A DNA stretch of 64,000 nucleotides from the NCBI GenBank assembly GCA_905214425.1, contig CAJMLY010000008.1:3197-67196 (forward strand). Reading direction: 5' to 3'. The stretch's first letter is position 1, and every line of letters starts with the position of its first letter. Positions 44,985 through 57,947 of this stretch are shown here, in pieces. Both the position numbers and the translations under genes were made by a program. This stretch comes from an uncultured bacterium. GTDB lineage: Bacteria; Actinomycetota; Coriobacteriia; Coriobacteriales; Coriobacteriaceae. The notes under the pieces were generated by a model. The model searched no databases, was not told the DNA's origin, and was given only the letters and a program-made list of their open reading frames with translations.

Positions 44985-47120
44985 CTAATGAATAAGCCTG
45001 AAATCCAAGTGCCCGCGCGTGGTGTTGACGCGCGAGACCTCGATGATCACGCGCTGCCCCAGCTCATAGCGAGCCCCCGTGTCGGCGCCCGTGAGCGTGA
45101 GCGCATCCTCATCAAACTCGAACCACTCGTTGCCCAGACTCTTGATCGAAACCAAACCCTCAATCTGCGTCAGATCCAGGCGCACAAAAAGGCCCATGCT
45201 GCTGACCCACGAGATCGTTCCGGCGTAGCGCTCACCCAGGCGGTCCTCGTAGTACTGGGCGATCTTGATCTTTTGCGTCGCATGGCTGGCGGCGTCGGCC
45301 GCACGCTCGGCATCGCTGCACGCGCGGCAGATTTGCGGCAGGATGCGCGGCAGGGACTCGCGGCCCTTACCAATCAGCCGCGACGTACGCACCAAGGCGT
45401 CCTTGCCGCCCAGCCGCTCGTAGGCCAGCTGCAGCTTGAGTACGCGATGCACCACCAGGTCGGGATAGCGGCGAATGGGACTCGTAAAGTGGCAATAGCA
45501 CGGCGCGGCAAGCGCAAAGTGGCCCTCGTTGCGCGGCTTGTACAGTGCGCGCTGCATACTGCGCAGTAGCAACGTGTTGACGAGCGGTGCGTTGGCCGTA
45601 CCGGCTGCGGAGTCAACCGCCGCCTGCAGCTCGTCGGGGCTTCCCAGAGCAATGCCGGACGCGCGACGGCCATCGATGATACCCAGCTGTGTCAGCGCCA
45701 CGGCGGCACCGTGCAGGCTGTCGGGACTGGGATCGTCGTGCACGCGATAGCAGGCCTCGATATCGCGGTCGGCCAGCCACTCCGCCACGCACTCGTTGGC
45801 CAGCAGCATGGCTTCCTCAATCAGCGACGTGGCGCACGAGCGCTCACGGGCCACGATCTGCACGGGCACACCGTCCCCGTCCAACAGCGCACGGATCTCG
45901 GCCGTATCAAAGTCGACCGAACCGCGCGCACGGCGAATACGACGGCGAAGCTCGGCGAGCTCGTTGGCAGCTACGAGGAAATCCCCCAAGTCGACGCTAT
46001 AGCCGCGGGCGGTTTTCTCGCACGCAAGCCCGCGCTCGAGCGATTCCTCGCGCGAGGCTTCAACCGCGGCAATATCCTCGGCGGCACCCTCCAGCACCGA
46101 ATACTCCACCGCACCGGCACGTACCAGCAGCGCCTCGGCACCGTCGTAGTCCATGCGCACGCGCGAGCGGATCACGCTGGGATAGGGATCGTAATGGCGC
46201 ACGCGACCCTGCGCGTCGAGCTCAATGTCGACGGTAAACGCCAGGCGGTCCTCGTCGGGACGCAGCGAGCACAAATCGTTCGACAGGCGCTCGGGCAACA
46301 TGGGCAGCACGCGATCGGCAAGATACACCGACGTCGTGCGGTGACGGGCCTCCAGATCGATATGTCCGTCCCAGGCAACATAGTGCGAAACGTCGGCAAT
46401 ATGGACACCCAGCTTGTAGCCACCCTCGGGCGTGCGCTCCAGCGAGATGGCGTCGTCAAAGTCGCGCGCGTCGACCGGGTCAATCGTAATGACAAAGCGG
46501 TCGCGCAGGTCTCGGCGAAGCGGGTCCTTGAGTGCCGAGGCCACATCGAGCGAAAGTGCCTCGGCCTCGGCAAGCGCGGCCTCGGGATACGTATCGGTAT
46601 AGCCATAGCGCGCCATCACATACTGAACGCCCAAATCGGGCGCATCATCGCCGCCAATACGGCGCTCGATCGTCACGGTGCCCGATTCCAGGCGCGTCGG
46701 ATATGTCAGAATGCGTGCGACGACCGCATCACCCGGATGAACGCCCAAGCGCTCCGCCGAGGTGTCCTCCGGCAGCATAAAGAAATCGGCCTTAAGGCGA
46801 GAGTCAAGCGGCTCGATCACCCCGAGCGGGCCGACGGTCTGATACGTGCCCACCACACTCATGGCTGCACGCTCGACGACGCCCTCGATTACGGCGCGTC
46901 GCTCGCCATGCGGGCTGTTCTTAATGCTCACGGCAACGATATCGCCGTCCATAATCTCGCGCTTGCCGCGGCCCATGACCTTGTAGTCGCCGTTTTCGGT
47001 TACAACGTAGGCACTATGCTCATGGAGCTGCACGCGTCCGGTCAGACTCGGGCGACGCTCGCTGCGCACCGGCCCGCGCTTATTGCGAGCTCCACGCTTA
47101 TGCTTGTTATTGCGCCCCAT
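44985..47120 (-). CDS. rnr: Ribonuclease R
   Basis: 711 aa with cold-shock-like N-terminal domains, an RNB catalytic domain (DPVDARDFDDAISLE; HFTSPIRRYPDLVVHR) and a C-terminal S1 domain. Confidence 0.95.
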   Translation of the reverse strand: MGRNNKHKRGARNKRGPVRSERRPSLTGRVQLHEHSAYVVTENGDYKVMGRGKREIMDGDIVAVSIKNSPHGERRAVIEGVVERAAMSVVGTYQTVGPLGVIEPLDSRLKADFFMLPEDTSAERLGVHPGDAVVARILTYPTRLESGTVTIERRIGGDDAPDLGVQYVMARYGYTDTYPEAALAEAEALSLDVASALKDPLRRDLRDRFVITIDPVDARDFDDAISLERTPEGGYKLGVHIADVSHYVAWDGHIDLEARHRTTSVYLADRVLPMLPERLSNDLCSLRPDEDRLAFTVDIELDAQGRVRHYDPYPSVIRSRVRMDYDGAEALLVRAGAVEYSVLEGAAEDIAAVEASREESLERGLACEKTARGYSVDLGDFLVAANELAELRRRIRRARGSVDFDTAEIRALLDGDGVPVQIVARERSCATSLIEEAMLLANECVAEWLADRDIEACYRVHDDPSPDSLHGAAVALTQLGIIDGRRASGIALGSPDELQAAVDSAAGTANAPLVNTLLLRSMQRALYKPRNEGHFALAAPCYCHFTSPIRRYPDLVVHRVLKLQLAYERLGGKDALVRTSRLIGKGRESLPRILPQICRACSDAERAADAASHATQKIKIAQYYEDRLGERYAGTISWVSSMGLFVRLDLTQIEGLVSIKSLGNEWFEFDEDALTLTGADTGARYELGQRVIIEVSRVNTTRGHLDFRLIH

Positions 47121-47167
47121 GGCGCCTCCTTACTATCGATGGCCGTTTACACCCCAAGAGTCTACCC

Positions 47168-47256
47168 AAATGATCCCTAAGGGACGGCAGGATTGAGGGT
47201 CACATAGATAGACCAGCGCCACGATGATCCGCAATCCTGCCGTCCCCTCGGGATCA
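47168..47256. repeat. Family C long hairpin, copy 3
   Basis: AAATGATCCCTAAGGGACGGCAGGATTG (47168-47195) pairs with CAATCCTGCCGTCCCCTCGGGATCA (47232-47256). Confidence 0.8.
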
Positions 47257-47287
47257 AAAAAAGGGCCGTCCCCAAAAGAGACGACCC
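47256..47287 (-). terminator. Intrinsic terminator downstream of ftsX
   Basis: On the minus strand, GGGTCGTC-tcttttggg-GACGGCCC (one G-U pair) is followed by TTTTTTT. Confidence 0.75.
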
Positions 47288-47313
47288 GTTAAAGGAACGA
47301 ATTCCAATCACGC

Positions 47314-48234
47314 CTACACGCGCAGATAGCGGCGCATGGCGATGGCGGAACCAAAGAGACCGATCAGCACGCCGACCAAAATCAGCGCGGCGTAGGTCAC
47401 CAGGTAGTACTGTATCGGCAGCGCAAACGACATCCAGCCGATGCTCTCCTGCAGACGCGGAACCATCAGGTTACGCAGCAGCTCCAGCACGCCGATGGAA
47501 AGCAGCGAACCTAAGATGGCCTGCAGCACGCCCTCGGTAATGAACGGCCCGCGAATGAAGCCGTTGCTTGCGCCCACCAGACGCATGATCGCGATCTCAC
47601 GACGACGCGCCGTAATGGACAGGCGAATCGTGTTGTTAATGAAAATGAACGCGATAAAGGTCAGCAGGCCGACGAGCACCACAGCGGCGATACGGATGTA
47701 GTTCGTCACCTGGAACAGGCGACTCACTTCCTCCTGGCCGTACAGAACGCTCGCGTTAACGTCGCCGTCATCCGCGATCTTCTGAAAATCGGCGTTCTTC
47801 TTAAGCTTCTTGGCCGTGCTCTCGACCTTGGACGGATCATCCATCTCGATGGCGAACGAAGCCGGCAGCGGGTTCTGACCGTCGAGCGCGCTCATGGTAG
47901 CGTCGGCGTTGCCCGACATCTTGCTCGTGTACTCGGCCAGCGCGTCGTCCTTGTCCTTGTACGTCACGGACTTGACGTTGCTCCACGTCTTGAGCTCGGC
48001 CTCAAAGGCCTGAACATCTGCCTGGTCGGCGTCATCGCTAATAAAGGCGTTGATGACGACCTGATCCTCGACGGTGCCGATCACGGAGTTCAGCATCGCG
48101 GAACCCATAATGAACAGGCCGATGATAAACAGCGAAAGGAAAATCGTGATGACGGCGCCGAGCGAGGTGGTCCAGTTACGGAAGAAGTGGCTGATTGCCT
48201 CTTTGAGCGAGTAGCCCACATTAGTTGGTGCCAT
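47314..48234 (-). CDS. ftsX: Cell-division ABC transporter permease FtsX
   Basis: N-terminal TM, large extracellular loop and three C-terminal TMs. The ...EIAIMRLVGASNGFIRGPF motif is present. Overlaps ftsE by 14 nt. Confidence 0.9.
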   Translation of the reverse strand: MAPTNVGYSLKEAISHFFRNWTTSLGAVITIFLSLFIIGLFIMGSAMLNSVIGTVEDQVVINAFISDDADQADVQAFEAELKTWSNVKSVTYKDKDDALAEYTSKMSGNADATMSALDGQNPLPASFAIEMDDPSKVESTAKKLKKNADFQKIADDGDVNASVLYGQEEVSRLFQVTNYIRIAAVVLVGLLTFIAFIFINNTIRLSITARRREIAIMRLVGASNGFIRGPFITEGVLQAILGSLLSIGVLELLRNLMVPRLQESIGWMSFALPIQYYLVTYAALILVGVLIGLFGSAIAMRRYLRV

Positions 48235-49441
48235 AGTTGCCGTAACCTCCCCTCTCCTGGTCGCGGATTACGTGGCCGCCCTCGAGGGCGATCACGCGAC
48301 GGTGCATGCTATCGACCATCTCGCGGTCGTGCGTAGCGACGATCACGGTGGTACCGGTGCGGTTAATGCGCTCGAGCAGCTTCATGATGCCCAGCGAAAT
48401 CGCCGGGTCGAGGTTGCCCGTGGGCTCGTCGCAAATCAGCAGCGGCGGACGATTGACCATAGCGCGGGCAACGGCCACGCGCTGTTGCTCGCCACCGGAA
48501 AGCTGATCGGGCAGCGAGCCCATCTGGTCGGCCAGACCGACCAGACGCAGCACCTCGGGCACCTGGCTGCGAATGACGCCCTTGGGCTTGCCGATGCACT
48601 GCAGGGCAAACGCCACGTTTTCGTAGGCGGTCTTTTGCGGCAGGAGCTTAAAGTCCTGGAACACGGCGCCAATCTGACGACGCAAGAACGGAACCTTGCG
48701 GTTCTTGATCTTCATAAGATCCTGGCCGGCGACCAAAATGCGGCCGCTGGTGGGCTTGACGTCGCGGTTGAGCGTCGACAGCAGCGTGGTCTTACCCGAG
48801 CCGGAGTGACCGACCAAAAAGACGAACTCGCCCGGATAGATCTCGATGTTGATGTCGTCGAGTGCGGGCTTGTTGGGCTGCGCCGGATAGATCTTGGTGA
48901 CGTGCTCCATAAGGATGACGGGCTCGACACCGGCCTGCTTAGCCATCTTTTTGCGGCTGGCCTGCGGGTCGATGGGCGCAAACACCGACGTGAAGTCGGG
49001 GTTGTTGAGCGCGTTGTCGAGGCTTGCGACCTCGGCGGCCTGATCGCGCTCGACCACGGGAGCCGCAGGCTGCGTGGGGTCGGGAATGCCGGCAAAAAGA
49101 CCGGACTGCGCGGGCTGCGGCGCGGGAGCCGCAGGGGCCATCGGATCGGGGATGCCGGCCATGGTAGGCTGCGGCGTGGCGGCGCTCGTCTGAGGCTGAG
49201 CCACGCGGGCGGTCACCGTCTGAACGGGATCAAAGCCAGCCGTGCCGGAAAGCGCAACATCGTTGTTGGGGTTGTAGGCAAGGGGATCTGCCGCCGGCTG
49301 TGCCTGATCTGCCGGCTGTGCGGGGATCGGGCTCAACAGCTGATCCTCTGAATCCGGAGTGGCGAAACGACTGCCCGCGACGCTCGGCTGCGTCTTGGGG
49401 GCTTTATCGCCCGCACCGGAGGTACGGAAGTGGTTACCCAC
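48221..49441 (-). CDS. ftsE: Cell-division ATP-binding protein FtsE with a ~175-aa Pro/Ala/Gln-rich N-terminal extension (start uncertain)
   Basis: The C-terminal 230 aa has GHSGSGKTTLL, LSGGEQQRVAVARA and ICDEPTGNLD. The ORF is open back to 49441. An internal ATG (MAKQAGVEPVILMEHV) would give a canonical-length FtsE. Confidence 0.85.
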   Translation of the reverse strand: MGNHFRTSGAGDKAPKTQPSVAGSRFATPDSEDQLLSPIPAQPADQAQPAADPLAYNPNNDVALSGTAGFDPVQTVTARVAQPQTSAATPQPTMAGIPDPMAPAAPAPQPAQSGLFAGIPDPTQPAAPVVERDQAAEVASLDNALNNPDFTSVFAPIDPQASRKKMAKQAGVEPVILMEHVTKIYPAQPNKPALDDINIEIYPGEFVFLVGHSGSGKTTLLSTLNRDVKPTSGRILVAGQDLMKIKNRKVPFLRRQIGAVFQDFKLLPQKTAYENVAFALQCIGKPKGVIRSQVPEVLRLVGLADQMGSLPDQLSGGEQQRVAVARAMVNRPPLLICDEPTGNLDPAISLGIMKLLERINRTGTTVIVATHDREMVDSMHRRVIALEGGHVIRDQERGGYGNYGTN

Positions 49442-49545
49442 TGGTGCTCCTTATCGTCGTGCGTTTAAACTACATGAGCGCTTTGTATTTTAGCAGCATT
49501 GCCTTTGCTGCACATAAGAAGCATGGCGTGCTTAGGGATCTCGTC

Positions 49546-49668
49546 GGTCGGGCACAGGGTTACTCTCCAAATCGTCCTCGGACATGTCGGAGCCCCCGCT
49601 GCGCGCTTTGCGCGGCGGGGGCTCCTCCGTCCTGCGGAAAGATTTGGAGAGTAACCCTGTGCCCGACC
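49546..49668. repeat. 123-nt element with perfect 28-bp terminal inverted repeats and an inner GC hairpin
   Basis: GGTCGGGCACAGGGTTACTCTCCAAATC (49546-49573) and GATTTGGAGAGTAACCCTGTGCCCGACC (49641-49668) are exact reverse complements. An inner GGAGCCCCCGC...GCGGGGGCTCC hairpin lies at 49590-49625. Confidence 0.9.
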
Positions 49669-49797
49669 TGCGGTAACTAAGGGGTCGCTGCGTTTTACTT
49701 GGGGTGCTGCATATACAAAGTTGGAAGGGTCTGAATTGCGCTTTGTCGATATATGCCCTTTTCCCTGATGGGACCGTGCTTGAGGGGCGTCTTCATG

Positions 49798-49864
49798 AGT
49801 TGCGGTGAAATAGGGACTGTTTTACCAGTTAAAAGGTCTAATCAGTCCCTATTTCACCGCGACT
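49798..49864. repeat. Family B hairpin repeat, copy 3
   Basis: AGTTGCGGTGAAATAGGGACTG (49798-49819) pairs with CAGTCCCTATTTCACCGCGACT (49843-49864). Confidence 0.9.
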
Positions 49865-49953
49865 TCAATTAAGGCTAATTGTTGCGCAACTCGAATTTGA
49901 ATAATCGCTTTACATTGGCCTCGATTGGAACGTCTATGGTTGTGGGGGCTGGT

Positions 49954-50685
49954 ATGAATTGTCCTTATTGTGGTACTGAGTTGCGCAATGGCGTGAGGTA
50001 TTGCACAACATGTGGGGTTACCATCCATGGCATGTCGCCTAATTCTGCAATTCGGGTAAAGCCTCGGAATCACATTGCGGTTGTTCTTACCTGCATGTTG
50101 GCAATTGCCATTGTCGGCGGCAGTTGTTTGGGTCTTCATCTGCGGCAAGCATTGTCATGTTTTATATCGGCTCATTCGGAGCATGCTATTGTGCTCAACA
50201 TCTCTGCCGCAGGTTGGGATACCGATAGCGGGGCCTCACGCGTCCCGATACACATTACGGGCAAGACCGTCGACGGGATAACGGTCGACAAGGTTGAGTT
50301 CGTCGCCTCCGACGGTTCCGGTATCAGCCTCATTCAAGGTGTGTACACGCTCGAGGCGGCAGGTTCCCCCATCGCCACCGATGGCAAGATTTATCAAATC
50401 CCCTGTACGAGCGCGACGCTCGTCCTCGACGATGTCTTTGCCGCAGGCGAAACAATCAATCTCGCCGAGCTCGCTGAGCAGGATTCGATACTCACCTTCT
50501 GCCCCATCGATGCCGGCGATATGACCAACGACGAAATCTATGATGCCGCCCTACTCGCCATGGCATATAAAGGCGACGACGCCCCCGATGTTGCCGCACT
50601 GTGCCAGGCAGCAATCAATCGTCGTGCCGCCGCCAGCAAAAGCGAGAACGCCTTCGAAAGTTGCGGTGAAATACAGATTAATTGA
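49954..50685 (+). CDS. Zinc-ribbon membrane protein (N-terminal CxxC..CxxC, one TM, extracellular C-terminal domain)
   Basis: MNCPYCGTELRNGVRYCTTCG is followed by the TM segment IAVVLTCMLAIAIVGGSCLGL. ATG 49954 follows GGGGG. The last 9 codons and the stop lie inside Family B copy 4. Confidence 0.65.
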   Translation: MNCPYCGTELRNGVRYCTTCGVTIHGMSPNSAIRVKPRNHIAVVLTCMLAIAIVGGSCLGLHLRQALSCFISAHSEHAIVLNISAAGWDTDSGASRVPIHITGKTVDGITVDKVEFVASDGSGISLIQGVYTLEAAGSPIATDGKIYQIPCTSATLVLDDVFAAGETINLAELAEQDSILTFCPIDAGDMTNDEIYDAALLAMAYKGDDAPDVAALCQAAINRRAAASKSENAFESCGEIQIN

Positions 50686-50725
50686 GCCTTAAAGCTGGCA
50701 AAACAGTCCTTATTTCACCGCAACT
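50659..50725. repeat. Family B hairpin repeat, copy 4 (left arm partly diverged)
   Basis: AGTTGCGGTGAAATA... (from 50659) pairs with CAGTCCTTATTTCACCGCAACT (50704-50725). Confidence 0.8.
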
Positions 50726-50828
50726 GAAACAGGGGCGCTCTCCAAGAGAGCGCCCCTGCCGGGTTTCCATAGTACTGGCGAAGCAGTTTTATAGTTCTGG
50801 CGAAGCAGTCCTTGAGATCCGCCTTGCC

Positions 50829-51770
50829 TTATGCCAAGAACTCCTTGGTGGTCGCCACGATGTTGGCGGCGTCCAGGCCGTACTTGTGCAGGAGCTCGGC
50901 ACCCGGGCCAGACTCACCGAAGGTGTCGTTGACGCCGATCTTCTTGAGCGGCGTCGGGCACTGCTCGCACAGGACGTCGGCAACGGCGCTGCCCAGGCCA
51001 CCGATCACAGAGTGCTCCTCGACGGTCACGACGTGGCCGGTCTTGGTGGCGCTCTTGACGATCAGGTCGGCATCGATGGGCTTGATGGTGTGCATGTTGA
51101 TGACCTCGGCGTCGATGCCCTCGGCAGCGAGCTGCTCGGCGGCCTCGAGAGCCTCACCGACCATCAGGCCGCAGGCGATGATGGTCACATCGGCGCCCTC
51201 GCGCATGACAATACCCTTACCCAACTCGAACTTGTAGGTCTCTGGATCGTTGATAACCGGCGAGGCCAGACGGGCAAAGCGCATGTACACCGGACCGTCG
51301 CACTCGTAGGCGGCGCGCGTCACGGCGCGGGCCTCCACATCGTCGGCGGGAACAATCACAGTCATGCCAGGGATGACGCGCATAAGGGCGATATCCTCGC
51401 AGCACTGGTGCGTGGCGCCATCCTCGCCCACCGAGATACCGGCATGCGTGGCACCGATCTTAACGTTGAGGTGCGGGTAGCCGATGGAGTTACGGACCTG
51501 CTCAAAGGCGCGGCCGGCGGCGAACATGGCAAAGGTGCTCGCGAAGGCAACGCGGCCGGTGGTCGCGATACCGGCAGCGACGCCCATCAGGTTGCTCTCG
51601 GCAATGCCCACATCGAAGAAACGATCGGGGCAGGCGGCCTTGAACTTGCCGGTCTGCGTGGCGGCAGCCAGGTCGGCGTCGAGGACCACAAAGTCATCGT
51701 GCTCGTTGGCGAGCTCGACGAGGGCCTCGCCGTAGCTTACGCGCGTGGCGATTTTTTTGACGTCTGCCAT
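50829..51770 (-). CDS. Transketolase, C-terminal (pyrimidine-binding) subunit
   Basis: ATRVSYGEALVELA..., GIAESNLMGVAAG and a C-terminal transketolase_C domain. ATG 51770 is directly after the stop of the N-terminal subunit gene. Confidence 0.9.
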   Translation of the reverse strand: MADVKKIATRVSYGEALVELANEHDDFVVLDADLAAATQTGKFKAACPDRFFDVGIAESNLMGVAAGIATTGRVAFASTFAMFAAGRAFEQVRNSIGYPHLNVKIGATHAGISVGEDGATHQCCEDIALMRVIPGMTVIVPADDVEARAVTRAAYECDGPVYMRFARLASPVINDPETYKFELGKGIVMREGADVTIIACGLMVGEALEAAEQLAAEGIDAEVINMHTIKPIDADLIVKSATKTGHVVTVEEHSVIGGLGSAVADVLCEQCPTPLKKIGVNDTFGESGPGAELLHKYGLDAANIVATTKEFLA

Positions 51771-51771
51771 C

Positions 51772-52602
51772 CTAGAGCTCCTCTCCGGCGGCCGTGAGCT
51801 CTGCCATGGCCTGCTCAAACTGTTCATCGTTGGGGGCCTTGCCGTGCCAACCAACCTGGTTCTCCATAAAGGAAACGCCCTTGCCCTTCATGGTCTCGGC
51901 GATGATGGCGGTCGGCTGACCCTTGGTGGCGCGGGCCTCGGCAAAGGCGGCGCGGATCTGATCGAAATCGTTGCCGTCGGCAAGCTCCACCACGTGGAAC
52001 TTAAAGGCGCGGAACTTGTCGGCGAGCGGCATGGGGTCGTTGACCTCCTCGACGGGGCCGTCGATCTGCAGGCCGTTGTGGTCGACGATCACGCAGAGGT
52101 TATCGAGCTGCTGGTTGCCGGCAAACATGGCTGCCTCCCAGACCTGGCCCTCCTCGCTCTCGCCATCACCCAGCAGGGCGTACGTGCGGTAAGTATCGCC
52201 CCAGTGCTTGGCGGCAACCGCCATGCCCACGGCGGCGGAGATGCCCTGGCCGAGCGAGCCGGTGGACATATCGACGCCCGGGGTGTCGTTCATGTTGGGA
52301 TGACCTTGCAGGTGGCTGCCGATATGGCGCAGCGTCTCGAGATCCTCCTTGGGGAAGAACCCACGCTCGGCGAGCACGGCGTACAGGCCCGGAGCGCAAT
52401 GGCCCTTGGAGAGCACAAAACGGTCGCGATCGGCCTTGCGGGGATCGGCCGGGTCGACGTTCATTTCCTCAAAGTACAGATAGGTCATGATGTCGGCAGC
52501 GCCGAGCGAACCGCCCGGATGGCCGGACTTGGCAGCGTGCACGCCGGTGACGATGCCCTTCCTTACCTCGTTGGCAACCTTTTTGAGCTCTTCGTCGCTC
52601 AT
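51772..52602 (-). CDS. Transketolase, N-terminal (TPP-binding) subunit
   Basis: SGHPGGSLGAADI, GHCAPGLYA, GSLGQGISAAVGMA and LLGDGESEEGQVWEA (GDG TPP motif). Confidence 0.9.
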   Translation of the reverse strand: MSDEELKKVANEVRKGIVTGVHAAKSGHPGGSLGAADIMTYLYFEEMNVDPADPRKADRDRFVLSKGHCAPGLYAVLAERGFFPKEDLETLRHIGSHLQGHPNMNDTPGVDMSTGSLGQGISAAVGMAVAAKHWGDTYRTYALLGDGESEEGQVWEAAMFAGNQQLDNLCVIVDHNGLQIDGPVEEVNDPMPLADKFRAFKFHVVELADGNDFDQIRAAFAEARATKGQPTAIIAETMKGKGVSFMENQVGWHGKAPNDEQFEQAMAELTAAGEEL

Positions 52603-52809
52603 TGTGCCTTCCTTTCATCCTCATTAGACAAAATGCGCACGGCACCGAAGGTAATCCCAACACAGCCGCAATGCACGTACGTCATTCATTATGCTGGAAA
52701 CTGATGGCTTTACCAGAGTTTTTATCATTATTTGAACAATTTAGCAGGCAGAACCGCTGATGAAACGGTTTATCAATGTGAACGTCTTTTGGATGGAACG
52801 CGGTCGCCC

Positions 52810-53700
52810 CTACGCGCTAATGTCCTTGAATCCCTCGCCGAAGGCTTCCGTAACGTCAGCGACCGTCACAATGGCGTGAGGATCGCGCTCGCGCACGATC
52901 GTCTTGAGGGTATTGAGCTCTCGACGGCTCACGATGACCATAATCACCGGCTTCTCGGCACCCGAATACATGCCAGTCGCCTTAAACTTGGTACAACCAC
53001 GACCCAGGCCATACATGATATCGGCAGCGATATCAGGGAACTTGTCCGAGATGATGAGGACCATACGGCGTTTGTTGCCACCATCGACCACGGCATCGAT
53101 CACGTAGCCGCTAATGACCATCGAAAGGCCTGCATATAGTGCGTTTTCGATTGAAAAGACCGGAGCCGACAGCGCGCATACGGCAACATCGATCGCCATG
53201 ACGGTCGAGCCCACCGGCAGCGAGGTGTTACGCGAGATGATTTGGCCAATCGTGTCCGAGCCGCCGGTGTTGGCGCCGGCGCGCAACACCATGCCGTAAC
53301 CGATGCCCGTAATAATGCCGCCCCACATAGCGGGAAGCATCAGGTCCGCATCCGCCAGAGGTGCTACAAACGGGGCGAACAGATCGGTAAAGAAGCCCAG
53401 AAGCACAAAGCCCGTCGCGGTCTGCACCACGTAGAACATGCCGCCCTCGCGCATAACGACCAGCAGCAGCAAGGCATTCATCACGATGGTCTGGATACCG
53501 ACGGGAAGCGACACGCCTCGCGCCGCGCCGACCGCCTGGATAATAGTCGCAAGGCCCGTAACGCCACCGGCGGCAAGACCGTTGGGAATCAAAAACAGGT
53601 CGGTCGCGATGGCGGCCAAGGCACACCCCAACATGATCTGGGGCAGGTCGTGAAAGAAGTTCATCGAAAGAATGCGCTTGATGTCCAGACGATATGCCAT
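52810..53700 (-). CDS. YitT-family membrane protein (DUF2179 C-terminal domain)
   Basis: Five TM segments with GGVTGLA and GG.TG motifs. C-terminal soluble domain ...VSRRELNTLKTIVRERDPHAIVTVADV. ATG 53700 follows GAGGGAGG. Confidence 0.8.
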   Translation of the reverse strand: MAYRLDIKRILSMNFFHDLPQIMLGCALAAIATDLFLIPNGLAAGGVTGLATIIQAVGAARGVSLPVGIQTIVMNALLLLVVMREGGMFYVVQTATGFVLLGFFTDLFAPFVAPLADADLMLPAMWGGIITGIGYGMVLRAGANTGGSDTIGQIISRNTSLPVGSTVMAIDVAVCALSAPVFSIENALYAGLSMVISGYVIDAVVDGGNKRRMVLIISDKFPDIAADIMYGLGRGCTKFKATGMYSGAEKPVIMVIVSRRELNTLKTIVRERDPHAIVTVADVTEAFGEGFKDISA

Positions 53701-53863
53701 GCTGCCTCCCTCAAAAAAGCGCACCCAAACGGATGCGCTTTGAACTTCTTCTTGTATTCGATTCTACCGATTCGCCGGACAAAAACCACCCCTGCGCAGG
53801 GTTTGTTCTGGATACAAACCCGTCCAACCGTTGGACTTGGCATCGGCTTGAAGCCACGATGTT

Positions 53864-55011
53864 TTAGACCTCCGAGCCTTCTGCATCGGCGTTGCCGGTC
53901 GCCCAGCGATGATAGCCAATAACGAACGGGTCCAGGTCGCCATCGTCAAGAACTGCCTCGACATTGCTGGTCTCCACGCCCGTGCGTAGGTCCTTAACCA
54001 TCTGATACGGGTAGAGCACGTAGCTGCGAATCTGGTTGCCAAAACCGATCGTGGTCTTGGGTCCACGAATCTCATCGAGCGCCTCGGCACGCTTCTCGAG
54101 CTCAATCTCGTACAGGCGAGCCTTGAGGATCTGCATGCACGCGGCCTTGTTCTGGATCTGGCTGCGCTCGTTTTGGCAGGTGACCACAATGCCGCTGGGG
54201 AAATGCGTCACGCGCACGGCGGAGTCGGTAGTGTTAACGCCCTGACCGCCCGGGCCGCTCGCGTGGTACACGTCCACGCGGATGTCGTCGGGACTGATCT
54301 CGATGTCGATATCATCGGGCAGCACGGGGATGACCTCGACGCCGGCAAACGTGGTCTGGCGGCGCTTCTTGTCGTCGGTGGGGCTAATGCGAACCAAGCG
54401 GTGAACGCCGGCCTCGGCGCGCAGCATGCCAAATGCGTCCTTGCCCTCGACGGTAAAGGTCGCGCGGTCGATGCCGATGACCTCGGCCGCGGGACAGTCG
54501 TTAATGGTGACCTTCCAGCCGCGACGCTGGCAGTACTTCATGTACATCTTAAAGAGCATGAAGGTCCAGTCCTGGGCCTCCAGACCACCCTGTCCGGGCT
54601 TGATGGTCACAATGGCATCGCCGTGATCGAACTCACCGGTAAACCAGCTCGAAAGCTCAAGCTCATCGATGGCACGGGCCAGGCGCTCAGCCGTGGCTGC
54701 AGCCTCCTCGCGAAGGGTGGCGGCGTCGGGGTCATCCCCCATCTCCTCGGCAAGCTCCAGCGCGGCGCGGGCATCGGAAAGCTCGCCGCGCGCGGTGTCC
54801 ACGGCAGCGATATCTTCCTTGGTACGCGCGATCTCCTCCATGGTGGCACGGGCGGCGTCGGCGTCATCCCAAAAGCCAGGGGCAACACTTTTGGCCTCGA
54901 GCTCGGTCACGCGCGTGCGCTTTTCGTCCAAATGGAGATACGACTCGACCTCGCCGAGCCGGTCCGCAAACGCGTCCAGCTCGGCGGGCGTTACCTCTAA
55001 AGCCTCAGCCA

Positions 55012-55012
<1 letters not shown>
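53864..55012 (-). CDS. prfB: Peptide chain release factor 2 (single uninterrupted ORF; SPT in place of the SPF motif)
   Basis: GVHRLVRISPTDDKKRRQTTFAGVEV (the RF2-type block), GGQ motif SGPGGQGVNTTDSAVR and NQIRSYVL. The start ATG shares one base with the secA stop (TAATG). Confidence 0.9.
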
Positions 55013-57819
<2,807 letters not shown>

Positions 57820-57947
57820 GTGGTTTTCCTTTTTTGGCCATCGCCCACGCCATGCAGCCTTGGGCGAGTTAAACACAGATAAATGTACTTTAGCCAAACA
57901 AGGCGCGGCCTATACGGTCGACCTCGACCGCCACGTAATAACTACGA

